Assembly: GCA_964291675.2 (NCBI GenBank) | Contig: OZ219866.1 | Location: forward strand, 1,344,001-1,408,000 | Origin: Alphaproteobacteria bacterium | GTDB taxonomy: Bacteria; Pseudomonadota; Alphaproteobacteria; MPNO01 | Length of the DNA stretch: 64,000 bases | Direction of reading: 5' to 3' | Part shown: piece by piece, positions 11,415 through 26,534 of the stretch | Position numbering within the stretch: position 1 is the first letter of the stretch | Layout of the letters: each line of letters opens with the position of its first letter | Program-made: the position numbers and the translations under genes | The notes under the pieces: generated by a model | What the model saw: only the letters and a program-made list of their open reading frames with translations | Told to the model about the DNA's origin: nothing | The model's database searches: none

Positions 11415-11516
11415 GGATGCATCTCCTTGGCTGTCGCGCGGGCCGGCACAGATGCGGCCCGCGCCACCCGGCGCGGGCCGTGCAATCGCTTCAACAGGTT
11501 TCGCTTACCGGTACAG

Positions 11517-13475
11517 TCACGCGTCGGTGTCTTGGTCCGGGCCAGCCGCTTCCGACTTCAGTCTATCGATCGCAGTATCGAGCGCAAGGACTTCTTGTTG
11601 CCGGCCGCCGAGGCGCCGGACCGCCACCGTGCGGGCTTCGACCTCGTTGCGCCCGACCACCAGCAGGACGGGCACCTTGCGGACGCTGTGTTCGCGCACC
11701 TTGTAGCCGATCTTCTCGTTGCGCCGGTCGAGCTCGACCTGCAGCCCGGCCGCCCGAGCCGCCGCCGCGACCTCGGCGGCGTAATCGTCGGCATCGCCGG
11801 TAATGGTCGCCACCACGACTTGCAGCGGGGCCAGCCAGAACGGCAGGTGTCCGGCATAGTGTTCGAGCAGGATGCCGAGGAAGCGCTCGATCGAGCCGAA
11901 CAGCGCCCGGTGCAGCATCACCGGCCGGTGGCGCTCGCCGTCCTCGCCGACATAGGCGGCATCCAGCCGTTCGGGCAGGTTCAAATCCACCTGAAGCGTG
12001 CCGCACTGCCAGTCGCGGCCGATCGCATCGCGCAGGACGAACTCGATCTTTGGCCCGTAGAACGCGCCCTCGCCCGGGTTGACGCCGTATTCCAGCCCCA
12101 TGCCGTCGAGCGCGCCGCGGAGCGCGCCTTCGAGCCGGTCCCAGACCGCGTCGGAGCCGATCCGCCGCTCCGGCCGGTCGGAGAACAGGATGCGCACGTC
12201 CTCGAAGCCGAAATCGCGATAGATGTCGAGGATCAGGGCGACCACAATGCGGCACTCGGATTCGGTCTGGTCGGGGGTGCAGAAGATATGCGCGTCGTCC
12301 TGCATGAAGGCGCGCACCCGCATCAGCCCGTGCAGGGCGCCCGAGGGCTCGTAGCGATGCACCCGCCCGAACTCGGCCACGCGCAGCGGCAGCTCGCGGT
12401 AGCTCCGCGTGCCCTGGCGGAACACCTGCACCCCGCCCGGGCAGTTCATCGGCTTGACCGCGAACACCCGCCCGTCCTCGGTCTCGGAGGTGAACATGTG
12501 CTCGCGGAAGGTGTCCCAATGGCCCGACAGCTCCCATAGCGAGCGGTCCATCAGCTCGGGCGTGGAGATCTCGACATAGCCGGCTTCGTCCTGGCGCCGG
12601 CGCATGTAGTCGATCAGCCGCAGATAGAGGCGCCAGCCGCGCGGGTGCCAGAACGCCGCGCCCGGCGCCTCCTCCTGGAAGTGGAACAGATCCATCTCGC
12701 GGCCGAGCCGGCGATGGTCGCGCCGCTCCGCCTCCTCGAGCCGGTGCAGATAGGCCTTGAGCTCCTTCTCGTCGCGCCAGGCGGTGCCGTAGATGCGTTG
12801 CAGCATCTCGTTGTTCGAATCGCCGCGCCAATAGGCGCCCGCCACCTTCAGGAGCTTGAAGCCCTTGCCGACATGCCCGGTGGACGGCAGATGCGGGCCG
12901 CGGCAGAGGTCGAGCCACGCGCCCTGGCGGTAGACGGTCACCGCCTCGCCGTCGGGCAGGCCGGCGACGATTTCCGCCTTGTAGGCCTCGCCCCGGTCGG
13001 CGAAGCGGCGAACCGCGTCCTCGCGGTCCCACACCTCGCGGACGATCTTCTCGTCGCGGGCGACGATCTCGTGCATCCGGCGCTCGATGCCGTCGAGATC
13101 CTCGGTCGAGAACGGCGTCGGCCGCGCGAAGTCGTAATAGAAGCCGTCTTCGATCGCCGGGCCGATGGTCACCTGGGTTCCCGGGAACAGGTCCTGCACC
13201 GCCTCGGCCATGACATGGGCGGCATCGTGGCGGATCAGCTCCAGCGCCTCTTCCGACCGGCGGGTGACGATCTCGACCGCCGCGTCGCTCTCGATCGGAC
13301 GGACCAGGTCGCGGATTTCGCCGTCGACCTTGACCGCGATCGCCGCCTTGGCGAGACCGGGGCCGATCGACGCGGCAACCTCGCCGCCGGAGGGCGGCCC
13401 GTCGAACGGCCGCCGGCTCCCGTCGGGGAGGGTGACGACCACGGACGAAGATGCGGGCTGCGTTGCGGTTGCCAT
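11517..13475 (-). CDS. thrS: Threonyl-tRNA synthetase
   Basis: TGS domain, [38 protein letters not shown]. Confidence 0.98.
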   Translation of the reverse strand: MATATQPASSSVVVTLPDGSRRPFDGPPSGGEVAASIGPGLAKAAIAVKVDGEIRDLVRPIESDAAVEIVTRRSEEALELIRHDAAHVMAEAVQDLFPGTQVTIGPAIEDGFYYDFARPTPFSTEDLDGIERRMHEIVARDEKIVREVWDREDAVRRFADRGEAYKAEIVAGLPDGEAVTVYRQGAWLDLCRGPHLPSTGHVGKGFKLLKVAGAYWRGDSNNEMLQRIYGTAWRDEKELKAYLHRLEEAERRDHRRLGREMDLFHFQEEAPGAAFWHPRGWRLYLRLIDYMRRRQDEAGYVEISTPELMDRSLWELSGHWDTFREHMFTSETEDGRVFAVKPMNCPGGVQVFRQGTRSYRELPLRVAEFGRVHRYEPSGALHGLMRVRAFMQDDAHIFCTPDQTESECRIVVALILDIYRDFGFEDVRILFSDRPERRIGSDAVWDRLEGALRGALDGMGLEYGVNPGEGAFYGPKIEFVLRDAIGRDWQCGTLQVDLNLPERLDAAYVGEDGERHRPVMLHRALFGSIERFLGILLEHYAGHLPFWLAPLQVVVATITGDADDYAAEVAAAARAAGLQVELDRRNEKIGYKVREHSVRKVPVLLVVGRNEVEARTVAVRRLGGRQQEVLALDTAIDRLKSEAAGPDQDTDA

Positions 13476-13550
13476 GATTCCCTTCGCGATCGCTCCGCCG
13501 GGCGAGACGCGCGCATTTAGCGCAAACCCGGTCCGGCCACAAGCCGGGGC

Positions 13551-14300
13551 TCAGCCGTCCAGCGCGGCGGCGGCAAAGATATAGGCGCCGAGCCCGAGGA
13601 TGCCCACGAAAAAAATTCGGCGGAAGCGCTCCTCCGACAGGCGGCGGCGCAGAACCTGGCCGATCGCCATGCCGGCGAGCGCGGGGAGCAGCGCCGCCGC
13701 CGACACCATGCCGGTCTCGCGCGCGAACAGCCCCGACCCGCCAAGCGCCAGGGCGAGGGCGAGCGCGGACACGCCGAACAGGAACCCCATCGCCTGGACC
13801 AGCGCGTCGCGGCCGAGCCCGATCGCCTGCAAGTACATGACTCCGGGGACCACGAAGGAGCCGGTCATCCCGGTCAGCACCCCGTTGACCGCGCCGAACA
13901 GCGGCCCCGCCCAGCCCTCCGCCCGCGCCGGAATGGAGAGCCGCCAGCCGCCGAGGCCGAGCCCGGCATAGGCGACGAGGATCAGGCCGAGCAGCGCCGA
14001 CAGCAGCGCGAGGTCGACCCGGGCGAGCGCCAGCGCGCCGAGCCAGACGGTGATCGTCGCCGCCAGCATGAAGGGCCACAGCCGGCGGACGATCATCCGC
14101 GCATGGCCGCCCACCGCGGCCTGCCACAGATTGGTCGCCGCCGCCGGCAGGGTGAGCAGCGCCATCGCCGTGGTCAGGTCGAGCAGGATCGTGAGCAGCC
14201 CGAGGCTCACCGTCGGCAGGCCGAGCCCGATCAGCCCCTTGACCCCGCCGGCGAGGAGGAAGACGGCGGCAATCGTTGCGACGATGAAGGGATCGGTCAT
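13551..14300 (-). CDS. TauE/SafE (sulfite exporter family) membrane protein
   Basis: AGGVKGLIGLGLP N-terminal motif, internal repeat, about 8 TM. Confidence 0.8.
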   Translation of the reverse strand: MTDPFIVATIAAVFLLAGGVKGLIGLGLPTVSLGLLTILLDLTTAMALLTLPAAATNLWQAAVGGHARMIVRRLWPFMLAATITVWLGALALARVDLALLSALLGLILVAYAGLGLGGWRLSIPARAEGWAGPLFGAVNGVLTGMTGSFVVPGVMYLQAIGLGRDALVQAMGFLFGVSALALALALGGSGLFARETGMVSAAALLPALAGMAIGQVLRRRLSEERFRRIFFVGILGLGAYIFAAAALDG

Positions 14301-14416
14301 GGCTGCGCGCCCCGGCCCGCGGGCGGCCGGGTTTCGTGGCTTTGGCTGCGGTGATAGGGTCGGGAAACGACGGCGCCGATGATCCTCACGGGCAAACGAG
14401 ACTGGAAGTACCGCCG

Positions 14417-15190
14417 GTGAACGCGGACGGTTGCGAGGCGGCGGCGATCCTAGCACGCCCCGGCGGCGCGACAATCGCCTACCGCCGCCTGGCCGGGCGC
14501 GAGCCCGGGGTGATGTTCCTCGGCGGCTTCCGCTCGGACATGACCGGCACCAAGGCGACCATGCTGGAAGCGGCGTGCCGCGAGGCCGGGCGCGGCTTCG
14601 TCCGCTTCGACTATTCCGGGCACGGGGAGTCGTCGGGCGACTTCCTGGACGGGACCATCGGGAGCTGGCGCGACGACGCGCTGGCGGTGCTCGACGAGGC
14701 GGCGCAGGGACCCCAGGTGCTGGTCGGCTCTTCGATGGGCGGATGGATCATGCTGCTGGCGGCGCTCGCCCGGCCGCAGCGCGTGGCCGGGCTGGTCGGC
14801 ATCGCCGCGGCGCCCGATTTCACCGAGGACCTGATGTGGAACCGCTACGGCGCCGACATGCGCGCCGCGTTGCGGGATCGGGGCGTCATCCATGTCCCGT
14901 CCGACTACGACGACCGGGACTACCCGATCGCCTACAAGCTGATCGAGGAGGGCCGGCGGCACCTCCTGCTGCACCGGCCGATCGCGATCCACTGCCCGGT
15001 CCGGCTGCTGCACGGCAAGCGCGACGCGGACGTGCCGTGGACCACCGCGCCGCGCATCGCGGAAAAGCTGCTGAGCCGCGACGTCCGCGTCCTCCTGGTG
15101 CCCGACGGCGACCACAGGCTGTCGCGCGACGCGGATCTCGCCCGGCTCCGGGCGCTGGTCGACGAGCTCTGCGGCGCGGCAGAGAGCTGA
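14417..15190 (+). CDS. Alpha/beta hydrolase (ABHD10-like)
   Basis: GGFRSDMTGTKA, RFDYSGHGES, GSSMGG nucleophile elbow, GDHRLS; start approximate. Confidence 0.88.
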   Translation: MNADGCEAAAILARPGGATIAYRRLAGREPGVMFLGGFRSDMTGTKATMLEAACREAGRGFVRFDYSGHGESSGDFLDGTIGSWRDDALAVLDEAAQGPQVLVGSSMGGWIMLLAALARPQRVAGLVGIAAAPDFTEDLMWNRYGADMRAALRDRGVIHVPSDYDDRDYPIAYKLIEEGRRHLLLHRPIAIHCPVRLLHGKRDADVPWTTAPRIAEKLLSRDVRVLLVPDGDHRLSRDADLARLRALVDELCGAAES

Positions 15191-15197
15191 CACGGGA

Positions 15198-16628
15198 ATG
15201 GCGTCACCGGACAGGGGCGCGGCCGGGCCCTGGCGCGACCTGATCCGCAGGGACTACGCGACCTATTCGGCGATCGTGCTGCTCGGCACGCTGCTGCACG
15301 CGCTCCAGATCCTGGTGATCTCGGTGGTGATGCCGACCATCGTCGCCGACCTCGGCGGCGCGGTCTATTACGCCTGGACGGCGATCGTCTACACCGTGGG
15401 CTCGATCGTCGGCGCGGCGACGGTCGAGCCGATCACCCGCGCGATGGGGCGCCGCGTCGGCTATGTCGCGGTGGCGGCGGTGTTCATGCTGTCGACCGCG
15501 GGCTGCGCGCTGGCGCCCGACATCTTCACCCTGATCGCCGCGCGCGGCATCCAGGGCTTTGCCGGCGGACTGGTCATCGGCGCCTCGATGGCGCTGATCG
15601 GGGTGCTGTTCCCCGCCCATCTGCGCGCCCGCATCCTCGCCGCCTATCAGGGCGTCTGGATGTTCGCGCAGCTCCTCGGCCCGGTGTTCGGCGGCGTCTT
15701 CGCCGAGATCGGCTGGTGGCGCGGCTCGTTCTGGTCGTTGATCCCGTTCATCGCCTGCTACGCGGCGCTGATCTGGTGGAAGGTGCCCGACACCGCGCCG
15801 CAGCGGGGCGAGCACGCCGGCGGCTTCCCGTTCTTCCGGCTGACGGTGCTGACCGCGGGCGTGGTCGCCGTCGCGGCGGCCGGGCCGATCGACGATACCG
15901 TGCTGCGGTCGGTCCTGATCGCCGCCTCGATCGCGCTCGTCTGGCTCACCTTCCGCCTCGACAGGACCGCCCGGACGCCGCTCTTCCCGGCCCGGGCGCT
16001 GTCTCTCTCGGCGGTGGTCGGGCTTGGGCTGCTGATCCACTTCCTGGTGGGCAGCGTGCAGACCTCGATCACGCTGTTCGTGCCGCTGCTGCTCCAGGTG
16101 TTCCACGAGATGCCGCCGATCTACATCAGCTTCATCGGCATCGTCCTTTCGCTCGGCTGGACGGTGGGCACCTTCATGGTCAATGGCTGGAGCGGCGGGC
16201 GCGAGCGCCTCGCCCTCTGGTCGGGGCCGGTGATCGTGGTTCTCGGGCTCGCGCTGATGACGGCGACCACCACGGCGCCCGGGCTGGTGCTGCTGACCGT
16301 CTCCGCCTTCCTCATCGGCTTCGGGGTGGGAATCCACAACGTCCACCTGATCACCCGGACCATCGCCCGGGCGGACCCGGGCGAGGAGGGGCTGACCGCG
16401 GCATCGCTGCCCTCGGTGCGCTCGCTGGGCACCGCCTTCGGGGCGGCGCTCGCCGGCATGCTGACGACGATCGCCGGCTTCGACGACTCGATGAGCCGGG
16501 AGGCGGTGGGCGACGCGGTGACCTTCGTGTTCGGCTTCAACCTGGCGCCGGCGGTGCTGATGGCGGTGCTGATGTTCCGCCTGCTCGCGGTCGATACGGG
16601 CGGCTCAAGGCGCGGCGAGGTCGCGTAG
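15198..16628 (+). CDS. MFS transporter (14-TM drug/H+ antiporter-like)
   Basis: MPTIVADLGG, ARGIQG, GPVFGG; hydrophobic profile. Confidence 0.85.
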   Translation: MASPDRGAAGPWRDLIRRDYATYSAIVLLGTLLHALQILVISVVMPTIVADLGGAVYYAWTAIVYTVGSIVGAATVEPITRAMGRRVGYVAVAAVFMLSTAGCALAPDIFTLIAARGIQGFAGGLVIGASMALIGVLFPAHLRARILAAYQGVWMFAQLLGPVFGGVFAEIGWWRGSFWSLIPFIACYAALIWWKVPDTAPQRGEHAGGFPFFRLTVLTAGVVAVAAAGPIDDTVLRSVLIAASIALVWLTFRLDRTARTPLFPARALSLSAVVGLGLLIHFLVGSVQTSITLFVPLLLQVFHEMPPIYISFIGIVLSLGWTVGTFMVNGWSGGRERLALWSGPVIVVLGLALMTATTTAPGLVLLTVSAFLIGFGVGIHNVHLITRTIARADPGEEGLTAASLPSVRSLGTAFGAALAGMLTTIAGFDDSMSREAVGDAVTFVFGFNLAPAVLMAVLMFRLLAVDTGGSRRGEVA

Positions 16629-17455
16629 CCCCTCGCGGTAGCTCGGAAAGCGCAGCTTTACGCCGAGCTCGCGCTTGATGCGGTCGTTGCGCACCCGCCG
16701 GCACCCGGCATAGAAGCCGCGCGCGGGAGGCGAGAGATTCGCGGCCTCGAACCTCTCCTCGGGCGGCGGCGCGATGCCGAGCAGGTGTGCGGCGAAGGCG
16801 ACCACGTCGGCCTGCGACGCCGGCTCGTCGTCGGCGAGATTGTAGATCCGGCCCGCCGCCGGGCGCGCGATCGAGGCCCTGAGCGCCTGCGCGATGTCGG
16901 CGACGTGGATGCGGCAGAACACGTGGCCGGGCTTGACGATGCGCCGCGCGGTGCCGGCGCGCAGCCTGTCCAGCGCGCTTCGCCCGGGCCCGTAGATGCC
17001 GGCGAGCCGAAAGACCTGGACCGGCACGCCCTGCGCCTCGCCGAAGGCGAGCCAGGCGCGCTCGGCGGCGAGGCGGCGCTGCGCGCGCGGCGAGTCCGGG
17101 CGCGGCGCATCCTCCTCGCCGACCCAGCCGCCGTTCCGGTCGCCGTAGACGCCGGTGGTCGAGAGATAGCCGATCCATTCGAGACCGCGCTGGGCGGCGA
17201 TCCTGCCGCCGAGCGCGGCGAGCACCGGATCGCCGTCCGCTCCGGGCGGCGCCGAGATCGCCAGATGGGTGGCGCCGTCGACGCAGTCCGGCCGGTCGAA
17301 GGGAAATGCGGAGAAACCCGCGGCGGCGAGCGCGCGGGTCCTCCCCGGCCGCCGCGTGGTGCCGGCGATGTCGGCGAAATCGTCCGCCGCCGCGCGCGCC
17401 AGCGCCTCCGCGCAATAGCCGAAACCGAGGCACACCAGCTTTCGCGGCGGGCGGC

Positions 17456-17459
<4 letters not shown>
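16605..17459 (-). CDS. NAD-dependent epimerase/SDR (YeeZ-like)
   Basis: LGFGYC, YLSTTGVYGD, FRLAGIYGPGR, RIHVADI. Confidence 0.88.
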
Positions 17460-22003
<4,544 letters not shown>

Positions 22004-22022
22004 CGCAACCTCCCCGCCGGTC

Positions 22023-23462
22023 TCAGGCGGCCCGGTCCGCCGTGGCGTCGCGGCGCTCGACCCAGGCATGGATCGCCTCGGCCGCATCCCGCCCGTCGCG
22101 GATGCCCCAGACCACCAGCGACGCGCCGCGCACGATGTCGCCCGCCGCGAACACGCCGTCGATCGCCGTCATCATCGTCCGGTAGTCGATCCGCACGGTG
22201 CCCCAGCGGGTCACCTCCAGCCCGGGCGCGCCGAACAGCGCCGGCAGGTCCTCGGGATCGAAGCCGAGCGCCTTGATCACCAAATCGGCGCCGGTCACGA
22301 AGCTCGACCCCTCGATCGGCTCGGGCGTCTGGCGCCCGGCGGCATCGGGGACGCCGAGATGGATCCTGAGCGCCCGCACCCCGGCCACCGCTCCGTCGCC
22401 GACGAACGCCTCGGGCGTCGCCAGCCAGGAGAATTTTACGCCCTCCTCCTCGGCATACTGCACCTCGCGCCTGGACCCCGGCATGTTCTCGCGGTCGCGG
22501 CGATAGAGGCAGGTGACCGATCCGGCGCCCTGGCGGACGGCGGTGCGCACGCAGTCCATTGCCGTGTCCCCGCCGCCGATCACGACCACGTCCCTGCCGG
22601 CGGCGTCGAGCCGGCCGTCGTCGAAAGCGGGCACCGCGTCGCCGAAGCCCTTGCGGTTGGAGGCGATCAGGTAATCGAGGGCGGGCACGATATTGCCGAG
22701 CCCGCCGCCCGGCACCTGGATGTCGCGCGCGCGGTAGACGCCGGTCGCGATCAGCACCGCGTCGTGGCGCCCGCGGATCTCGTCGAGGCTCGCATCGCGC
22801 CCGACCTCGAAGCCGCGGTGGAATTGGATGCCGCCCGCCTCGAGCAGGGCGACGCGGCGCGCGACGACGGTCTTCTCCAGCTTGAAATTGGGAATGCCGT
22901 AGACCAGCAGCCCGCCCGTACGGTCGTGCCGGTCGTAGACATGAACCGCGTATCCGCGCCGGCGTAGCTGTTCCGCGGCGGCGAGCCCGGCCGGCCCGGC
23001 GCCGACGATGCCGACGGAACGGCCGAGCTCGCGCGCCGGCGTCGGCGGCCTGACCCAGCCGCGTTCGAACGCGGTATCGGTGATGTAGCGCTCGACCGAG
23101 CCGATGGTGACCGTGCCGTGGCCGGACTGCTCGATCACGCAATTGCCCTCGCACAGCCGGTCCTGGGGGCAGATCCGGCCGCAGATCTCGGGCATGTTGT
23201 TGGTCGCCGCGGACACCTCGTAGGCCTCGGCCAGGCGCCCCTCGGCGGTCAGCATCAGCCAGTCGGGGATGTTGTTGTGGACCGGGCAGTGGATCTGGCA
23301 ATAGGGCACGCCGCATTGCGAGCAGCGGCTCGCCTGGGTCGCCGCGCCGGCGGCGGTATAGAGCGCATAGATCTCGTCGAAGTCGGCGCGCCGGGTCTCG
23401 GCGCCGCGCTTCTCCGGCGTCGCCTGGGGCAGATCGACGAATTTCAGCATCTGGCGGGACAT
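22023..23462 (-). CDS. gltD: Glutamate synthase small subunit
   Basis: RCSQCGVPYCQIHCP, ICGRICPQDRLCEGNC, GAGPAG, GGGDTAMDC. Confidence 0.97.
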   Translation of the reverse strand: MSRQMLKFVDLPQATPEKRGAETRRADFDEIYALYTAAGAATQASRCSQCGVPYCQIHCPVHNNIPDWLMLTAEGRLAEAYEVSAATNNMPEICGRICPQDRLCEGNCVIEQSGHGTVTIGSVERYITDTAFERGWVRPPTPARELGRSVGIVGAGPAGLAAAEQLRRRGYAVHVYDRHDRTGGLLVYGIPNFKLEKTVVARRVALLEAGGIQFHRGFEVGRDASLDEIRGRHDAVLIATGVYRARDIQVPGGGLGNIVPALDYLIASNRKGFGDAVPAFDDGRLDAAGRDVVVIGGGDTAMDCVRTAVRQGAGSVTCLYRRDRENMPGSRREVQYAEEEGVKFSWLATPEAFVGDGAVAGVRALRIHLGVPDAAGRQTPEPIEGSSFVTGADLVIKALGFDPEDLPALFGAPGLEVTRWGTVRIDYRTMMTAIDGVFAAGDIVRGASLVVWGIRDGRDAAEAIHAWVERRDATADRAA

Positions 23463-23579
23463 GCCTGCCCGGTCCCCCTTCTGGCGGCGGTATTCTCTGT
23501 CTTGTCCGCCGTCGCGGCGGCTCGCCGACAAGTGCCGAACGCACCGCGTCTTGGGGTAAACTACCACGAGACTCGAAAA

Positions 23580-23705
23580 AATCAAGGTAGATAGGTCATC
23601 ATTACTGCCATAAATATCTGTGGATCATTTATCCCCTGCGCGGCCGGAGAGGGAATCCTGTCGGTTGAGGCAAAATTTAGTTCCATTTTGAGACTAAATT
23701 GTTTG
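23580..23705. promoter_or_regulatory. AT-rich divergent promoter region gltD/uppP with an inverted repeat AATTTAGT-N11-ACTAAATT (23674-23700)
   Basis: Local AT enrichment and a perfect 8-bp inverted repeat with LysR-like T-N11-A geometry. Confidence 0.5.
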
Positions 23706-23769
23706 CGTTCCGGCTCTTGACCGGCCTGGCGCCCGATATCCGGCGGCCCGCGACGGCAAGGAGGGCGCC

Positions 23770-24570
23770 TTGACGCTGCTTCAGCTTGCCGTGATCGCGG
23801 CGGTGCAGGGCATCACCGAGTTTCTGCCGATCAGCTCGTCGGGGCATCTGCGGATGATCCCGCTGCTGACCGGTTGGCCCGACCAGGGGCTGACGATCGA
23901 CATCGCGGTGCATGCCGGGACCCTGCTCGCCGTGCTGGCCTATCTGTGGCGGGACGTGTGGAGCATGCTGACCGGCTTGGTCCGGATCCGCTCGGGCATG
24001 GCGGATCCCGGGCTGCGCCTGATGGTCCATCTCGCGGCCGCCACGATCCCGCTGGCCGCGGCCGGCTACGCGCTCACCGAGTATTTCGGCACGGCATGGC
24101 GCAACAGCCTCGCGGTGATCGCCTGGGCGACGTTCGGCTTCGGCCTGCTGCTCTATTCCGCCGACCGCATCGGGCTTACGGTGCGCCGGATCGAGCATAT
24201 GCGCCTGTCCGGCGCGTTGGCGATCGGCCTGGCGCAGATCCTCGCCCTGATCCCCGGGGCGAGCCGGGCCGGCGTCACCGTCACCGCGGCCCGGCTGCTC
24301 GGCTTCGAGCGGCGCGACGCGGCCCGGTTCTCGATGTTGCTGTCGATCCCCGCCATCGCCGCGGCGGGCGGGTTCGCGTACCGGGAGCTGGCCGAGTCCG
24401 GCGACGTGGCGCTGCGGATGGACGCCGCGCTGGCCGCCGGCCTCGCCTTCGTCGCGGCGCTGATCGCGATGGCGGCGATGATGCGCTGGCTCAGGCGGGC
24501 GAGCTTTGCCCCGTTCGTGATCTACCGCCTGGTCCTCGGCGGGGGGCTGCTCGCCCTCGTCTATCTCTAA
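23770..24570 (+). CDS. uppP: Undecaprenyl-diphosphate phosphatase (UppP/BacA)
   Basis: VQGITEFLPISSSGHL, ALIPGASRAG, AARFSMLLSIP. Confidence 0.95.
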   Translation: MTLLQLAVIAAVQGITEFLPISSSGHLRMIPLLTGWPDQGLTIDIAVHAGTLLAVLAYLWRDVWSMLTGLVRIRSGMADPGLRLMVHLAAATIPLAAAGYALTEYFGTAWRNSLAVIAWATFGFGLLLYSADRIGLTVRRIEHMRLSGALAIGLAQILALIPGASRAGVTVTAARLLGFERRDAARFSMLLSIPAIAAAGGFAYRELAESGDVALRMDAALAAGLAFVAALIAMAAMMRWLRRASFAPFVIYRLVLGGGLLALVYL

Positions 24571-25543
24571 CCCTGGCCCGGCGGCCGGCCGCCGCGGCGA
24601 TAGCGCGCGAGATAGCCGGGCGCGACCGCCTGGAGCGGGGTGGGGTCGATGCCGAGATCCGCGAGCCCCGGCGCATCGTCCGCGGCGACGTTGTCCGAGC
24701 CCAGCATCCTGATCTGGTCGCGCGTGAGCAGCGGCGGCAGGGGCGAGAGCTCCATGATCCGCGCCGGCAGCATGGCCAGCGCGCCGGGAACCGGCAGCAA
24801 CAGCCGGCGGCGCCCGATCTGCGCCAGCAGCATTTCCATGAGCTGCCTGAAGCTCAGCACCTCCGGGCCGCCGAACTCGTAGGTCCGTCCGGCGGTGCCT
24901 CCATCCTCGACGATGCGCGCGATGCCGTCGGCCACGTCGCCGACATAGACCGGCTGGAATTTCGTCGCCCCGCCGTCGATCAGCGGCAGGGCGGGGGCGA
25001 GGCGGGCGATCCAGGCGAAGCGGTTGAGAAAATCGTCCTCGACGCCGAACACGATGCTGGGCCGGACGACGGTGGAATCGGGGAATTCGCGCCGCATCGC
25101 CGCCTCGCCGGCCGCCTTGCTCCGCGCATACGCCGCCGCGGCGTCGGGCGCGGCCCCGATGGCGGAGACATGGACCACGCGCCCGATGCCGGCAGCGGCG
25201 GCGGCGCGCGCGATCCGCTCGGCACCCTCTTCATGCACCGCCCGGAAACCCTGCGGGCCCGCCTCGTAGAGCACGCCGACCAGGTTGATCGCCGCTTCCG
25301 CGCCCGCCACCGCCTCGGCGACCGACGCGTCGTCGCGGATATTGGCGGTCACGACGCGTCGTCGCGGATATTGGCGGTCACCGGCACGATCTGGCCGACA
25401 TCGCCGAGCGGCTTGAGGAACAGCGCGCGGTCGGGCCGCCTGACCGCGACGCGGACGCGCCAGCCGCGGCGGGCGAGCTCGCCCACGGTATAGCGTCCGA
25501 CGAAGCCTGAACCGCCGAAGACGGTTGCGGTGGGCGTAGCCAT
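24567..25543 (-). pseudogene. Complex I NDUFA9-like NAD-dependent epimerase, frameshifted by a 29-bp tandem duplication
   Basis: N-terminus ATVFGGSGFVGR (25349-25543) and C-terminus (INLVG, YARSKAAGE, RPSIVFG, QPVYVGDVA) are in different frames; duplicated unit at 25323-25351 and 25352-25380. Confidence 0.85.
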
Positions 25544-25692
25544 GGCGCGACCCCCTCGATCGGCGGCTAATATCGGCTGGAGCGAGGACCGTCAACCGGG
25601 CCGCGCCCCGTCGCGGCGGACCGCGAAAGCGGTTGACAAGCCGACGGCCACTGGCGTACGGAGCCGCGAAGCGGGGATCCGGTCGCCGTTTT

Positions 25693-25779
25693 GCCCAGGT
25701 GGCGGAATTGGTAGACGCGCAGGTTTCAGGTACCTGTGACCGCAAGGTCGTGGAAGTTCGAGTCTTCTCCTGGGCACCA
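25693..25779 (+). tRNA. tRNA-Leu (anticodon CAG)
   Basis: GCCCAGGTGGCGGAATTGGTAGACGC, CAGGT-TT-CAG-GT-ACCTG, variable arm, GTTCGAGTC, CCA end; TTGACA upstream at 25633. Confidence 0.96.
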
Positions 25780-25834
25780 CCGGATCGTGCGCTTCCGGTT
25801 CTCCGGGGCCCGGACGGGCGGCGGGGCTGCGCGC

Positions 25835-26446
25835 ATGGCGATAGAGATTCACGAAGGCGACCTGCCGGCGGGCATCGATTTCGGCGGCGCGGCGGCGGTC
25901 GACACCGAGACCATGGGGCTCGACCCGGCGCGCGACCGGCTGTGCCTGGTGCAGCTGAGCGCGGGCGACGGCAACGCCCATCTGGTGCGGTTCCGCAAGC
26001 CGACCTGCGACGCCCCCAACCTGGCGCGGCTGCTGCGGGACCCGGGGGTGACCAAGATCTTTCACTTCGCCCGCTTCGACATCGCCGTGCTGGAACGCCA
26101 TCTCGGGGCCCGCGCGGCGCCGGTCTATTGCACCAAGATCGCCTCCCGGATCGCGCGCACCTATACCGACCGGCATTCGCTGAAGGACCTGGCGGGCGAG
26201 CTGCTCGGCGTCGAGATCTCCAAGGCGCAGCAATCCTCGGACTGGGGGGCCGAGACCCTGACCGCGGCGCAGCAGGGCTATGCGGCGTCGGACGTCCTCC
26301 ATCTGCACGCGATCAGGGAAGCGCTCGATCTGATGCTGGAGCGCGAGGGCCGGTCCGAGCTCGCCCGGCGCTGCTTCGATTTCGTCGGCCACCGGGCGGC
26401 GCTCGACCTCGCGGGCTGGCGCGACATCGATATTTTCGCCCATTGA
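25835..26446 (+). CDS. rnd: Ribonuclease D-like 3'-5' exonuclease
   Basis: AVDTETMGL, RDRLCLVQL, HFARFD, QQSSDWG, YAASDV. Confidence 0.9.
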   Translation: MAIEIHEGDLPAGIDFGGAAAVDTETMGLDPARDRLCLVQLSAGDGNAHLVRFRKPTCDAPNLARLLRDPGVTKIFHFARFDIAVLERHLGARAAPVYCTKIASRIARTYTDRHSLKDLAGELLGVEISKAQQSSDWGAETLTAAQQGYAASDVLHLHAIREALDLMLEREGRSELARRCFDFVGHRAALDLAGWRDIDIFAH

Positions 26447-26534
26447 CGGGAGCGCGGCGGCGCCCGAAATCGGCTACCATGCCGCATCGGAGACGGCCGC
26501 GCGCGGCCGCGGCCGGGAGAGTGCCGGGAGTGCC

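Noticed and set aside
23600-23710. Possible oriC (AT-rich, DnaA-box-like nonamer)
   Set aside because: Only one good box and no origin-associated genes; better explained as a divergent promoter
25693-25800. tRNA-Leu or tRNA-Ser as an island integration site
   Set aside because: No duplicated 3' tRNA fragment or integrase visible in the window
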